Virus record (IMG/VR): IMGVR_UViG_3300046170_000289
Length of the DNA stretch: 64,000 nt
Source of the DNA: a virus
Strand: one strand, 5' to 3'
Numbering within the stretch: position 1 is the stretch's first letter; each line of letters opens with the position of its first letter. Below the pieces are notes generated by a model. The model saw nothing but the letters and a program-made list of their open reading frames with translations. It was not told the DNA's origin and did not search any database. This document shows, piece by piece, positions 27,006 through 36,622 of the stretch. A program made the translations under genes and the position numbers.

Positions 27006-29240
27006 CTATGGAGGGGGAGCAGCGCCACCACCAGCATCGGTAACAATCTTGGACAACTGGATAACTTCAAGGTCATCTGAGGCAGACTCAAAACCATTGA
27101 CAACGTAACTTAGATCAGCAGCAGAGGAATAGACGAGCAGATTCTGCCCAGGACCCACTACGATACCAGAATTCTTTTCTGTATCATTTGCTGCGATAGC
27201 ATTGTCATAGTAAAGATAATCTTCTGCGCTATACAGACCTGTCTGACTCGTTTGCTCAGCAGTAGAGATAGTAGCAGCATTAAATGTTAATGCAGCACCA
27301 CCACCGTTGCCCAGTTGTGAATCATTGATCTGAATAGTTTCAGCAGCGGCGAAGTCTTCACCACCATCAACAATAGTAACAGTTGCAGCACCAGACCCAT
27401 CAACAACTACAGTGAATTTTGCCTTAGCAATATTACCTGAAGCACCCGTGGCATTTGCGGTCAAACTAGCGTATGTGCCAGCAGAGCGAGATGCATCAGC
27501 AGCACCAATAGTGTCAACAGATAGGATCTTACCAGTGACTGCTTTAGTCATGATACGAGTGCCATTATTTAATGTGGGAGTGTCAAGGAATTCAGTGTTA
27601 TCTGTGAATGCAATAGATCCTTCACCCAAAGCAACTTTAAGGTGTGCTTTTGCAGGATCCCAATCCATCACATAACCGTAAGGACCAACGGCAACGCCAC
27701 CTTGCTGGACAGTCTGAGTCACGTTGTTAATCGTGAAGGTGTCACCTGCAATCAGGGGCTCACCACCAACATCATAGATGAAGATATCTTCATAACTAGG
27801 ATTAGTTTGGACGCCAACACCGAAACCAATACCAGTTGTTGCAGCAGGAGGACTACCAATAGTGCCATCTGCATATACAAACAGTGAGATTCCAGTATTC
27901 TCATCGATAGAGATCGATGTGTATGCACCTGCTTGACCTGCAGTACCTACCTTACTAACACCCTGAGTGTATTCTGTGCCAGGAGTAGGATCATTAGGAC
28001 CCTCTGTAGCATCACTAGAGAATTTAAGGGGATAGTTTGCAACGGAAGCATCCGATAGATCAAACTTATAGGTGCGGTCAATATTAAGTTGCAACTGACC
28101 AATGTAAATATGATCGGTAGCAGAAGGTCCAGTTGGAGTAACAACGTATTTTGTGTTAATAATTGCACTCACGTTGGTTGTGAAGTTAAGACCAGCAGAA
28201 GCATTAGATGTGCTACCAGTAATTGTTTCACCTTCACTGAAGTAGTTAACCAGATAGGTGCCGTTATCAATCAGCAGAGTAACGTTAACACCATCGTTAT
28301 GATCAACATCAGCAGTGCCGTAGATACCACGAGTCAGGGTAAGATCATTACCGTTAACCTGATCAATGGTGCAGAGCTCGTTATCAATTACAACCACACC
28401 ACCAGATACAAATCCAGTAGAGTCAGTAACAGTTAGAGTTGAGTCACCAGTAGCAAAAGTTGCACCCTCGTTAATAGTTGTAACAGTAGCAGATGCAGAC
28501 CATGCATTAGATGCAAGACCAGCAGGCACTGTGCGAGCAGTTGTGCCCAGTCCAGAGCGAGTAACTGTGACGATATTAGTAACAGTGTCAACACCAGATG
28601 CATCGATAGTAACAACTTCAGCAGCAGTATCGTCTGTGGTGCCTAGAGTGACATACATGCCATCTGCAAGACCCGTTGTGCGGGAGAATGCCATCGCCGT
28701 GGCACCCGTGGCAAGAGTGGTAAATTCTAAATCTGCACCAGTAAGTGATCCACCACGGTAGGTAGCAGTGAAACCAGATACACCACCAGTTACAGTCTCA
28801 CCACCCACAAATGTGCCAGCAGCAGAGTCTGCCTGGAATTGGGTAGTAGAGATATCTTTCACCTGTGTGTAATAGATGACCTCACCCGTTGCCTTGAAGA
28901 TGTCAAGGATCTTACCAGTTGATGCATTGGTAGAGATAAATTCTCCTCCAGGAATTGCATCAGCAAATGAAAACCCAGGGTTTACAGTAACTTTATATGC
29001 ACTGATTGGGTTGCCCTTGGTAAACTTATAGGTAGATGCTGACCCACCATTCTCGGATTCGGGTCCATCTAGGTGCAGCACCTGATCATAGTCTCTTAGT
29101 GCCATCCGATAAGTGGCACCACTACCAGACTGGTTGCACACGTTAACGACCGTGCTGCCAGTTACAGTGGTAGGACAACGATAGAGCACCGTATTAGTGG
29201 TCGCTCCTGGTTTTTTAGCTGCGAGTCTTCCTGCTGTCAT
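27006..29240 (-). CDS. virion structural protein
   Basis: 744 aa, Thr/Gly-rich beta-structure; similar N- and C-terminal segments. Confidence 0.7.
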   Translation of the reverse strand: MTAGRLAAKKPGATTNTVLYRCPTTVTGSTVVNVCNQSGSGATYRMALRDYDQVLHLDGPESENGGSASTYKFTKGNPISAYKVTVNPGFSFADAIPGGEFISTNASTGKILDIFKATGEVIYYTQVKDISTTQFQADSAAGTFVGGETVTGGVSGFTATYRGGSLTGADLEFTTLATGATAMAFSRTTGLADGMYVTLGTTDDTAAEVVTIDASGVDTVTNIVTVTRSGLGTTARTVPAGLASNAWSASATVTTINEGATFATGDSTLTVTDSTGFVSGGVVVIDNELCTIDQVNGNDLTLTRGIYGTADVDHNDGVNVTLLIDNGTYLVNYFSEGETITGSTSNASAGLNFTTNVSAIINTKYVVTPTGPSATDHIYIGQLQLNIDRTYKFDLSDASVANYPLKFSSDATEGPNDPTPGTEYTQGVSKVGTAGQAGAYTSISIDENTGISLFVYADGTIGSPPAATTGIGFGVGVQTNPSYEDIFIYDVGGEPLIAGDTFTINNVTQTVQQGGVAVGPYGYVMDWDPAKAHLKVALGEGSIAFTDNTEFLDTPTLNNGTRIMTKAVTGKILSVDTIGAADASRSAGTYASLTANATGASGNIAKAKFTVVVDGSGAATVTIVDGGEDFAAAETIQINDSQLGNGGGAALTFNAATISTAEQTSQTGLYSAEDYLYYDNAIAANDTEKNSGIVVGPGQNLLVYSSAADLSYVVNGFESASDDLEVIQLSKIVTDAGGGAAPPP

Positions 29241-29247
29241 TTGTTAA

Positions 29248-30585
29248 TTACCAACCTGCTTGGAAAAATGATTGTAGTCTTAGTTGCCCACCTAACACAG
29301 GTGCGGCAAGTGCTCCACCGAAACTAATTGCAACGTTACTAATGTTATTAGTAGATAGAAGTGTTGCATCAGCGTCAGGGAACCGAATGGAGCGAGCTCC
29401 AGTCAAGTTGCTGGCATCAATAGTAATGATACCGTTAACGTCATCTGGGTTATTTATCTTCGCCAGTTCTAACGTTTTATTATAAAGAGTTTGTGTCTTT
29501 CTTTCAGACACCAGCATATTAGTTAATGTGCCGTTATTCAAAGGTGCCGCTGGATCGTCATCAGGGAAAGCAAACACATAAGTTTGGTTGTCCTCAATGT
29601 TACTCAGATCCAACTGAATCTTTCTGGTATCATCACCAACGTCAGCAAGAATTGCACCTTTGTAAATCTTGTTAGTAAGTGTCTGTGATGCTGCTTCACC
29701 AACCACCTTGATGTTTAGATCAGGGAATGTAACCGTGCGGTTATTAGTCAGTAAAGATGAATCAAAGATCACATACCTTGTGGGGTCATTCTCTTCATCC
29801 GCTGAGGGAGTGTTGGAGAATGTGGGGTTGACCATATTCTTATTGAAGACATTCTGGTCAGAGATGTCGTCCAACAAAGTAGACTGAGTATTAGCAGCAC
29901 CAAAGTCAGGCAACTTGTAAGTGTGCTGACCAGGACTCTCCCAAGCGTCACACTCAAATTTTGCGATCTTATCAGTTGACGTAGATCCAGTAATCTGGAA
30001 TTCACCGTCTTTAATAATGATCGTCTTGTTTGTGACAGTCTGGAAAGTATCATTCGCCAGCAGAGTGGTGCTTGTGTTTGTACCTACATTAGGTAGATCG
30101 AAACGACGGGTGCCAGACTGGGTTGAGATTGTATCAACGTTGAATTGCACTCTCTTTGCAGGGTTTTGATCACCTTGCAAGAAGAATTGTGCATCAGTCT
30201 GAATGATAGGACCATTAACAGTAAAAAATCCACTACCCTGTGGAGTCATTTCCATGCTTGACGTTGCAGATGCACTGTCAACAGCACGAATGATCAGGGT
30301 AGAGGATCCATCAGTGTTTTCTCTTCTAGTATTATAGAGAGATGCTGATCCAAATGCTAGTCCAATCTCATTGATTGCAGACTGATATATCCCACTGTCT
30401 CGGTCCAAGTCAAACGCCAGTCCTGGTGCTGTTGCGCTACCTGCGCTCACACCACGGAATAGTTGATTGACCTTTGCCTTACGGTTTGGAATCAGAGGAT
30501 CAGAGATAACGATAGGCAGAATTGCCTCGCCAGTAACGAGCGCATCTGCAATCGTATCTAATTGGGATATACGTTTAGTTGCCAC
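29248..30585 (-). CDS. virion structural protein (fibre-like repeats)
   Basis: Repeated QT.TNK segments; TATAAATA at about 30613-30620. Confidence 0.7.
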   Translation of the reverse strand: MATKRISQLDTIADALVTGEAILPIVISDPLIPNRKAKVNQLFRGVSAGSATAPGLAFDLDRDSGIYQSAINEIGLAFGSASLYNTRRENTDGSSTLIIRAVDSASATSSMEMTPQGSGFFTVNGPIIQTDAQFFLQGDQNPAKRVQFNVDTISTQSGTRRFDLPNVGTNTSTTLLANDTFQTVTNKTIIIKDGEFQITGSTSTDKIAKFECDAWESPGQHTYKLPDFGAANTQSTLLDDISDQNVFNKNMVNPTFSNTPSADEENDPTRYVIFDSSLLTNNRTVTFPDLNIKVVGEAASQTLTNKIYKGAILADVGDDTRKIQLDLSNIEDNQTYVFAFPDDDPAAPLNNGTLTNMLVSERKTQTLYNKTLELAKINNPDDVNGIITIDASNLTGARSIRFPDADATLLSTNNISNVAISFGGALAAPVLGGQLRLQSFFQAGW

Positions 30586-30611
30586 GAAATCTCAGCACAA
30601 TTGCTACAGTT

Positions 30612-31289
30612 TTATTTATAACCGTTTTTCCTGAGCCATTCATCAGTCATGGGAGTTGGGGTGTAAGTTTCCCACATATTACCCCGCGCACATGCTTGAA
30701 GCGCACTCATTGTCATACCTTCAGTCTTACCTGCCCAGAATGCTTCTTTCTCCCAAGGGATTGCTCCTGGTTGAAATCTGTAGGTGTCAGCAGCAATCTC
30801 TTGCCAGATCTTGGGCACCTTGTCCTCATCCATAATGATAGCAATCATGGAGTTGTTGATAGTGCCTGCCATACAATCTTGTGCGGCGTGCCATCCTTCA
30901 TGACGCATTACACTCATCAGAGTTTCAGGACGATGCATGAATGCTTTGTTGAGGTAGAAGTTGTTGCTTACAGTATGGTAAACACCACGATGTCCAACAG
31001 GGAAGTATTTTGAATCTGCCAAGTATACTCGGACACCGACAGTATTCAATGCAACCATCATGCTGTTAAATTCAGCGGAAGCAAAGGTATACCTCTCAGG
31101 ATCTTCATACTGACTAGAAACATCAAGGAGTGAGGTGATCTCACTTACTCCCTCTGTACACTCCTGGAGCAGCATACACCCCATAGAATGATTAGTGAAG
31201 TATTCACTATCTTTAAGTGGTTTGGCATCAACTGACAAAGTTGTCAGTCCCAGCAGTGCTCCTGCCAGTAATACATTGCGAAGTTTCAT
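30612..31289 (-). CDS. signal-peptide-bearing HExxH (zincin-like) protein
   Basis: N-terminal signal peptide; MRHEGWHAAQDC and downstream WEKEA. Confidence 0.65.
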   Translation of the reverse strand: MKLRNVLLAGALLGLTTLSVDAKPLKDSEYFTNHSMGCMLLQECTEGVSEITSLLDVSSQYEDPERYTFASAEFNSMMVALNTVGVRVYLADSKYFPVGHRGVYHTVSNNFYLNKAFMHRPETLMSVMRHEGWHAAQDCMAGTINNSMIAIIMDEDKVPKIWQEIAADTYRFQPGAIPWEKEAFWAGKTEGMTMSALQACARGNMWETYTPTPMTDEWLRKNGYK

Positions 31290-31612
31290 ACTAATAGTTG
31301 CTTTAGTTTACCATCAACAAATTCAAGTCCTAACCTAGGATAGGGTGCATAGTGTGCATTCCAAACTGCAGGGTAGACTTCAATCTTTTTCGTAGCATAG
31401 TAAGGTCTTACTTTACCATGCAAACCATTGGGCACATAACCTCTAGGATCATCTCTTGAAAAGTCCTGAGTTTCTGTGTAATCAATTTCCCATAAGTGAC
31501 CTTTAGGATCTAAGAAAAATGTATACATCCATCCGTCAAGATCTTTGGTTTGTAGAGGTTTCTTGTAAAAACCTGCACCAAGATTAAAATGACATAGGAT
31601 GGTGTCATACAT
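31286..31612 (-). CDS. hypothetical protein
   Basis: 108-aa ORF. Confidence 0.7.
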   Translation of the reverse strand: MYDTILCHFNLGAGFYKKPLQTKDLDGWMYTFFLDPKGHLWEIDYTETQDFSRDDPRGYVPNGLHGKVRPYYATKKIEVYPAVWNAHYAPYPRLGLEFVDGKLKQLLV

Positions 31613-31622
31613 TATAAAATCC

Positions 31623-32108
31623 TCAAGAAAAACTCAATGTTGCCCTAGGTCCTAACACCAAAGGCTCATGATGCAGGTATTTAGGTATGAATAGTGCATC
31701 GCCTGGCTCCATAAAAACTTCACCAAGACCATCTACACCATAACCTATATCTCCAATAATAGGCACAATCATAACATCCACTGTATCATTGTGCCTACCA
31801 AAGGTGCTAGATCCACCACTCAATGAGACATACTGGTGGAAATCTTTCATACCATAGTTGATTTTCATATGATCTGCAAGAGGGCGCATACTCCATGGAA
31901 TATATTTCCCCTCGGAGATCATAGTATTCATACCACCCCTGTGTAAGACAAGTGTCCTTGATTCGTTAAGGATTTCTTCAGGTTTGATTTTTGGTGCGAT
32001 CACCGTGAAATCTTTTTGTTGCCTGTCGGTTTCCAACTTATCAAATACATCTTCCCAGGTGATGTTACTTACATCAACTATTTTTTTTGACAGCTTTGCT
32101 TGACTCAT
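31623..32108 (-). CDS. JmjC/cupin-like oxygenase
   Basis: TFGRHNDTVDV...GDALFIPKYLHH. Confidence 0.75.
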   Translation of the reverse strand: MSQAKLSKKIVDVSNITWEDVFDKLETDRQQKDFTVIAPKIKPEEILNESRTLVLHRGGMNTMISEGKYIPWSMRPLADHMKINYGMKDFHQYVSLSGGSSTFGRHNDTVDVMIVPIIGDIGYGVDGLGEVFMEPGDALFIPKYLHHEPLVLGPRATLSFS

Positions 32109-32196
32109 GGAGTTTCTTAACTGCTTTAACTACTGCGGGTGTCTCTTCCCATTCCCAGGTGTCTCCACCCTTCGCAATGAATTGTTTCTTAGGCAT
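32074..32196 (-). CDS. hypothetical peptide (40 aa, MPKKQFIAKGGDTWEWEE...)
   Basis: Read manually; fills the gap. Confidence 0.5.
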   Translation of the reverse strand: MPKKQFIAKGGDTWEWEETPAVVKAVKKLHESSKAVKKNS

Positions 32197-32380
32197 TTTT
32201 CTCCTCCTTTTTAGTTTTGAAGTAGAGTTTATAATACCTCTTCTTCATTTCATTGATAGTGTCCATGTCTTCTTTGAATCCCATATACTTGAGATGTTGG
32301 GATGTACCTTCCATCTCACTAATGAGAAGTAGAAGACCCACCGCTGTGACAGGTCTCCCACCAAAGTCATAGGACCGCAT
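32189..32380 (-). CDS. hypothetical protein
   Basis: Likely start MRSYDF. Confidence 0.65.
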   Translation of the reverse strand: MRSYDFGGRPVTAVGLLLLISEMEGTSQHLKYMGFKEDMDTINEMKKRYYKLYFKTKKEEKNA

Positions 32381-32390
32381 GACTGAAGGA

Positions 32391-32663
32391 TCAGTCAGGG
32401 ACTTCTTCATAGTTTTCAATCCAATCACTGAGATCAAATAAGATCGGATGACATCCCTCTAAGACCAAATAGTCCGACGAGGTGTAGAGATCATCCAACG
32501 TATACTCTCGTGCAGTATCTGCATCGAGTTTGACTTCATCTAATTCACTCATGAATTTCGGTAACTCTTCAAATGTAAACGGCATACCCTGGATGAAATA
32601 CATCTGGACTATACCTATGTCTTTCAAATGATGAAACGAGCTAGTGATCCGAATCTTATTCAT
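32391..32663 (-). CDS. acidic hypothetical protein
   Basis: 90-aa ORF. Confidence 0.7.
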   Translation of the reverse strand: MNKIRITSSFHHLKDIGIVQMYFIQGMPFTFEELPKFMSELDEVKLDADTAREYTLDDLYTSSDYLVLEGCHPILFDLSDWIENYEEVPD

Positions 32664-32664
32664 T

Positions 32665-32913
32665 TTAGAAGTTTTGCGTCATTTCTCCTAGGGACTCTGC
32701 GACATATGCACTGACCGCAGCGGGATCAGGCACAAATTCTTCAGGGTCTGGAATATTTATCTCAGACCCTTTGTCCTTGGTGACGAGAGGTGTCATCATA
32801 CAAATACCGCCTGGATGGACGATTTTGATTGTATGTCCTCTCTCAACAAGGGAGAATACGAAGTCGAAGTTTGCCTGGACTTCGGCACAGTCTAATGTAA
32901 TAATGCTATTCAT
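32665..32913 (-). CDS. Phd/YefM-antitoxin-like protein (orphan)
   Basis: IITLDCAEVQANFDFVFSLVERGHTIKI...MMTP fits the Phd N-terminal pattern; acidic tail. Confidence 0.45.
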   Translation of the reverse strand: MNSIITLDCAEVQANFDFVFSLVERGHTIKIVHPGGICMMTPLVTKDKGSEINIPDPEEFVPDPAAVSAYVAESLGEMTQNF

Positions 32914-33101
32914 GCGAGATAGGTAATTAGATCTTGGGGAATGTTTTCATTGAAGGAAACAATAGTCTCCTGAAAACCCTCGGCACCCTCTTCATCAAAC
33001 TTCCATTTGATAACCTCGTCCACACCCTCGTTGTCCATCATTCTGATGGTGCGTTGAGAGATGTTGACCCAGATGTGCTCAAGGTAGGTTTCGGTGTCCA
33101 T
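32910..33101 (-). CDS. small acidic hypothetical protein
   Basis: 63-aa ORF. Confidence 0.65.
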   Translation of the reverse strand: MDTETYLEHIWVNISQRTIRMMDNEGVDEVIKWKFDEEGAEGFQETIVSFNENIPQDLITYLA

Positions 33102-33132
33102 GGAAGCATGATGAAGACTTCCATATCATACA

Positions 33133-35862
33133 TCAATTTAGCAGTAATGGCAAGCCATAGACCTGATGGGGTCCGAGTCCGCAACCTGTTGCCATGTAAC
33201 CCGTGCCAACACCCGTGTGGATGAGACCAGTGGCAACCTGATTCAAGATGGCACCAGAGGGCACAAATTCAGCAATCACACCAGTAGGAGTTGCAATGAA
33301 GGTTGAGTGGACACCTGCTTGTGATCCCATGATGATGTCATTCATGGATGCAGGCATCGATGTGCCTAAGCAGATCCTAGTCTGTGTTGGTGGTGCAAGA
33401 CCAGGGATAGGAAGGTCAGTAGTGATATCAATGATCGCACCATTCACAAAGGTGAATTGACCAGACAGTGCTTTGAGTGGGTTGAATACTGCAACGATCT
33501 CGAATCTACCACTGTTGAGGAAGGAAGAGATCCAGTTTGCTTCGTTAGTAATCTCACCAGATGCCACGTTTTCAATCGTGTTTGCTTCAGACTTAATAGT
33601 CTGAGCGTTGAATGCTAGTGAGTTAATACCAGTGATCTTAACCTTTGCACCCTGAATACTAACGTCACCAGTGTATGCAATGTCATGATCACCCTCTTTA
33701 CGAGATGCAGACTTCTGCTCTTTCTTATCTTCCAACTTACCTTCCAGTTGACTACCCCATGGCACTCTACCGTGAGCATCTGCCTCAGGATGGAAAGGAA
33801 TCTCATCAACAGGATAGAAGTGACCACCAGGCAATGCCTTGAAGTATTGATCACGCTCCTGTTGCTGAATGTGGACCATGTTAATCATGTCATTCTTCTT
33901 CTTGGTAGAAGACTTATCAGCACCAGCAGTATCAATAGAAGATGTAACGTCTGTGCCCTGTTGAGCAATCTTAGTTTGCTTAGCATCAGTACGATCAGTT
34001 ACTTTGATTGCCTGAGCATCAAGGTCACTCTTTGCTTGAGTCTTATCTGCCTTCTTACTTGATCCCTTAGACTTTGCTTGAGGACCCTGAGATGCGTTGT
34101 CATTCTTAGATCCTGTCACTTCCTCATGATAGTTACCCATGACTTTCAGATAGAAGTCACCCTCAACTGTCAACACATAGTTACCTTTAATGGTCTCACA
34201 CTTGTCCTTAGCAATGATCTTAGTCTCATTGTTAGGGACATTCTTGTGCTCGTTACCATGGGCATCTTGGAATGTAGAAACACCACCAGGACCCTGTTTG
34301 ATTTGCTTCTCAATACCAGGGGTGGCATCGTTGATCTCCTTAGCACCATTTAGTTGGGTAACAACCTCCATGAGGTTTGTATTGATGCCAGTAAACATCT
34401 TATCGATGTAACTACCACTACCACCTTTACCAGTGATACCATCATCAAAACTAGAGAATGGTGTGCCAACGATTGCTTCATTAATATTGCCACATTCCGT
34501 GGTCCCGATCAACGGATACCACGCCTTTGATTTCGGTCGTTTAATCTTCCTCCCGCAATCCTTCTTGAAGAACATGCTGAGGAGAGCAAACAGAAGTTTG
34601 ATCAAACCTGCCCAGTTAAGAGAAGTAAAGTCAAACTCAAAGATCGATGTTACTGCATCTCCAAGTGATCTTGCTGCTCCAGCAATACCCTTTGCCATAT
34701 CAACAGCAGCAATCACGTCTCCAGCAATATCTTTAACGCGATTCATCGTCTTAGTGATACCACTAAGGATACGATTCGTAACACCCTTAACAGCAGAGTC
34801 AACACCCTTAAGTTTATCAGCAATCTTATCTACAATCTGCGTCGCTATATTATTAGCGAACGCAGAGACATCCGATATTGCGGCTTGCACTAGCCCCAAC
34901 CACATCGGTTTCTTCATGCAGAAGATATCAAAGATCATCTCAAGAAACATCATGATTGTGTTGATCACAACCAGAGGGACGAAACTAGAAATGATTTGCA
35001 CAATCTTACCAACAACCTCAGCAATGAGTTTGGCAAGCATTTCCTTCAGTGGTGCAAGAATACCAGCGATACCACCAGCAAGGAAATTCATGATCTTACC
35101 CATGTGCTCCATCACCTTATCGCCTGCAACCTTCTTACCCGTTGCAAGGGAGATGAATCCAGAAGGACCACTAGCAAGAGTCGCTGCCATGTTACCGAGC
35201 TCAGTCAGCTGACGCTCTAGGTCAATCGAGAATCCTTCACCACCAGCACCAGCAACACCATCAGCAATCGATTGCTTCTCTACAGGAGGTTTAGCAGGAT
35301 TGGTAACAGCATTACCAGGCAGAGTTTCTTCAGCAGCAGAGATAGCACCGCGTGCTTCTTCACCACCTGCCTGCCCAGGTTGTGTAGGCGTGGATGTCTG
35401 CTTCTTCGGCATTGGATTGCCGTCGTTTCTTTCGTTACCTGCTAAGTCTTTTTTCTGAGGTGAATCAGTTTTCAACTCTTCTGCAACTGTGCCATCAGCA
35501 GCAGTCGTTTTCTTCTTAGGATCTTCCTTTGTTTGGAATCCACGGAATGCACCCATGACAATAGGCAACTGTGCCTCATCACCATCAAGGAAGAATCCCA
35601 TGACCCATGCGCCAGGTTGCAACCCAGTGGTGGATCCAGTACTTTTAATCTGTGCCTTATCACATGGCAGCAAGACCTGTGCCCAGGGCAGCACTTCTGT
35701 AGGCAGCTCTTTGGTGTATGCCTGCTTTGCCTTGTGACCAGTATACCAACCAAGAATACGCACTTGGACACGACCGATCTCAGAGGGGTCCTTGATATTC
35801 TCAACTTCCCCGATCCACCAAGTGTAACCGTCCCTTCCTAGGTAATCAGTGCGTTCTCTCAT
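33133..35862 (-). CDS. gp5: gp5 baseplate hub/spike protein (no lysozyme domain recognised)
   Basis: WWIGEVEN..DP..IGRVQVRILG, LPWAQVLLP, GAWVMGFFLDG OB-fold; later ETIKGNYVLTVEGD beta-helix repeats. Confidence 0.88.
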   Translation of the reverse strand: MRERTDYLGRDGYTWWIGEVENIKDPSEIGRVQVRILGWYTGHKAKQAYTKELPTEVLPWAQVLLPCDKAQIKSTGSTTGLQPGAWVMGFFLDGDEAQLPIVMGAFRGFQTKEDPKKKTTAADGTVAEELKTDSPQKKDLAGNERNDGNPMPKKQTSTPTQPGQAGGEEARGAISAAEETLPGNAVTNPAKPPVEKQSIADGVAGAGGEGFSIDLERQLTELGNMAATLASGPSGFISLATGKKVAGDKVMEHMGKIMNFLAGGIAGILAPLKEMLAKLIAEVVGKIVQIISSFVPLVVINTIMMFLEMIFDIFCMKKPMWLGLVQAAISDVSAFANNIATQIVDKIADKLKGVDSAVKGVTNRILSGITKTMNRVKDIAGDVIAAVDMAKGIAGAARSLGDAVTSIFEFDFTSLNWAGLIKLLFALLSMFFKKDCGRKIKRPKSKAWYPLIGTTECGNINEAIVGTPFSSFDDGITGKGGSGSYIDKMFTGINTNLMEVVTQLNGAKEINDATPGIEKQIKQGPGGVSTFQDAHGNEHKNVPNNETKIIAKDKCETIKGNYVLTVEGDFYLKVMGNYHEEVTGSKNDNASQGPQAKSKGSSKKADKTQAKSDLDAQAIKVTDRTDAKQTKIAQQGTDVTSSIDTAGADKSSTKKKNDMINMVHIQQQERDQYFKALPGGHFYPVDEIPFHPEADAHGRVPWGSQLEGKLEDKKEQKSASRKEGDHDIAYTGDVSIQGAKVKITGINSLAFNAQTIKSEANTIENVASGEITNEANWISSFLNSGRFEIVAVFNPLKALSGQFTFVNGAIIDITTDLPIPGLAPPTQTRICLGTSMPASMNDIIMGSQAGVHSTFIATPTGVIAEFVPSGAILNQVATGLIHTGVGTGYMATGCGLGPHQVYGLPLLLN

Positions 35863-35883
35863 TTGAATAATAATTCCGTATGA

Positions 35884-36351
35884 TTATTTATCGAGTAATA
35901 CGAATTGGAATTCACCTTCCGCTTCAGGTTTACCCCATGCTTGCTTATCTGTTTCAGTATCCCATCCTTGATCCAAGGATCTATAGTCTAATCCGTTGAA
36001 TCGAATCCTAGACTTAATTAAAAACTTACCTACCTGACACCAACCATCAGGAATACCTGTCCACCATTTACCGTCCCACGTCCATACAAAAGGACAACTG
36101 TCCTCTGTGCTCAAGTAGTTGTAGATATCTGTCTTAACAGTATCCTCAGTAAACTCGGTGATCCTATATCTCAACCAATTATACGGTTCTTTCTCACCTT
36201 TATACTTGTACCAGGACTTGGATTCAAAAACTCCAGATGATGTCTGCCAAATCCTGATATCTATCTGTGGCCATTGAGAGGGATTACTCTGTGCCTGCAG
36301 TTTATTACGATAATGCCCATATAAGAGCTCTTCAAAGTTATTCATTTTCAA
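35884..36351 (-). CDS. cpeT: T-type phycobiliprotein lyase (CpeT/CpcT-like)
   Basis: F..LL.GHYRNK.QAQ.NP..W, SWY.Y...PY, YRSLDQGWD...WG...GEFQF. Confidence 0.8.
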   Translation of the reverse strand: MKMNNFEELLYGHYRNKLQAQSNPSQWPQIDIRIWQTSSGVFESKSWYKYKGEKEPYNWLRYRITEFTEDTVKTDIYNYLSTEDSCPFVWTWDGKWWTGIPDGWCQVGKFLIKSRIRFNGLDYRSLDQGWDTETDKQAWGKPEAEGEFQFVLLDK

Positions 36352-36389
36352 CCCTTACATGGTTATTATAATAATTTATTCTATGTTTG

Positions 36390-36617
36390 TCAATCCTCGT
36401 AAACTAGACACTCAGGCTCTGAGGGATTTTGATCACAGTAGAGCTCAAGGTATGTGGGATCGTGATGATCTCCTGCCTCAATCTCTTTCTTGTGATGCTC
36501 AACATAATCCTCCAATTCATGCAATTCGCCCTCAATGTGACGACGTTGATTCGGAGAGATCATAGGGTTATCTAGAATCTCTTTGTCCTTTTCGATGTGC
36601 TTTTCGATACTTTCCAT
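36390..36617 (-). CDS. cp12: CP12 Calvin-cycle inhibitor, phage type
   Basis: C-terminal DPTYLELYCDQNPSEPECLVYED. Confidence 0.9.
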   Translation of the reverse strand: MESIEKHIEKDKEILDNPMISPNQRRHIEGELHELEDYVEHHKKEIEAGDHHDPTYLELYCDQNPSEPECLVYED

Positions 36618-36622
36618 TTCAG

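Noticed and set aside
32665-33101. Complete toxin-antitoxin pair
   Set aside because: Neither neighbour shows recognisable toxin motifs; reported only as an orphan antitoxin-like gene
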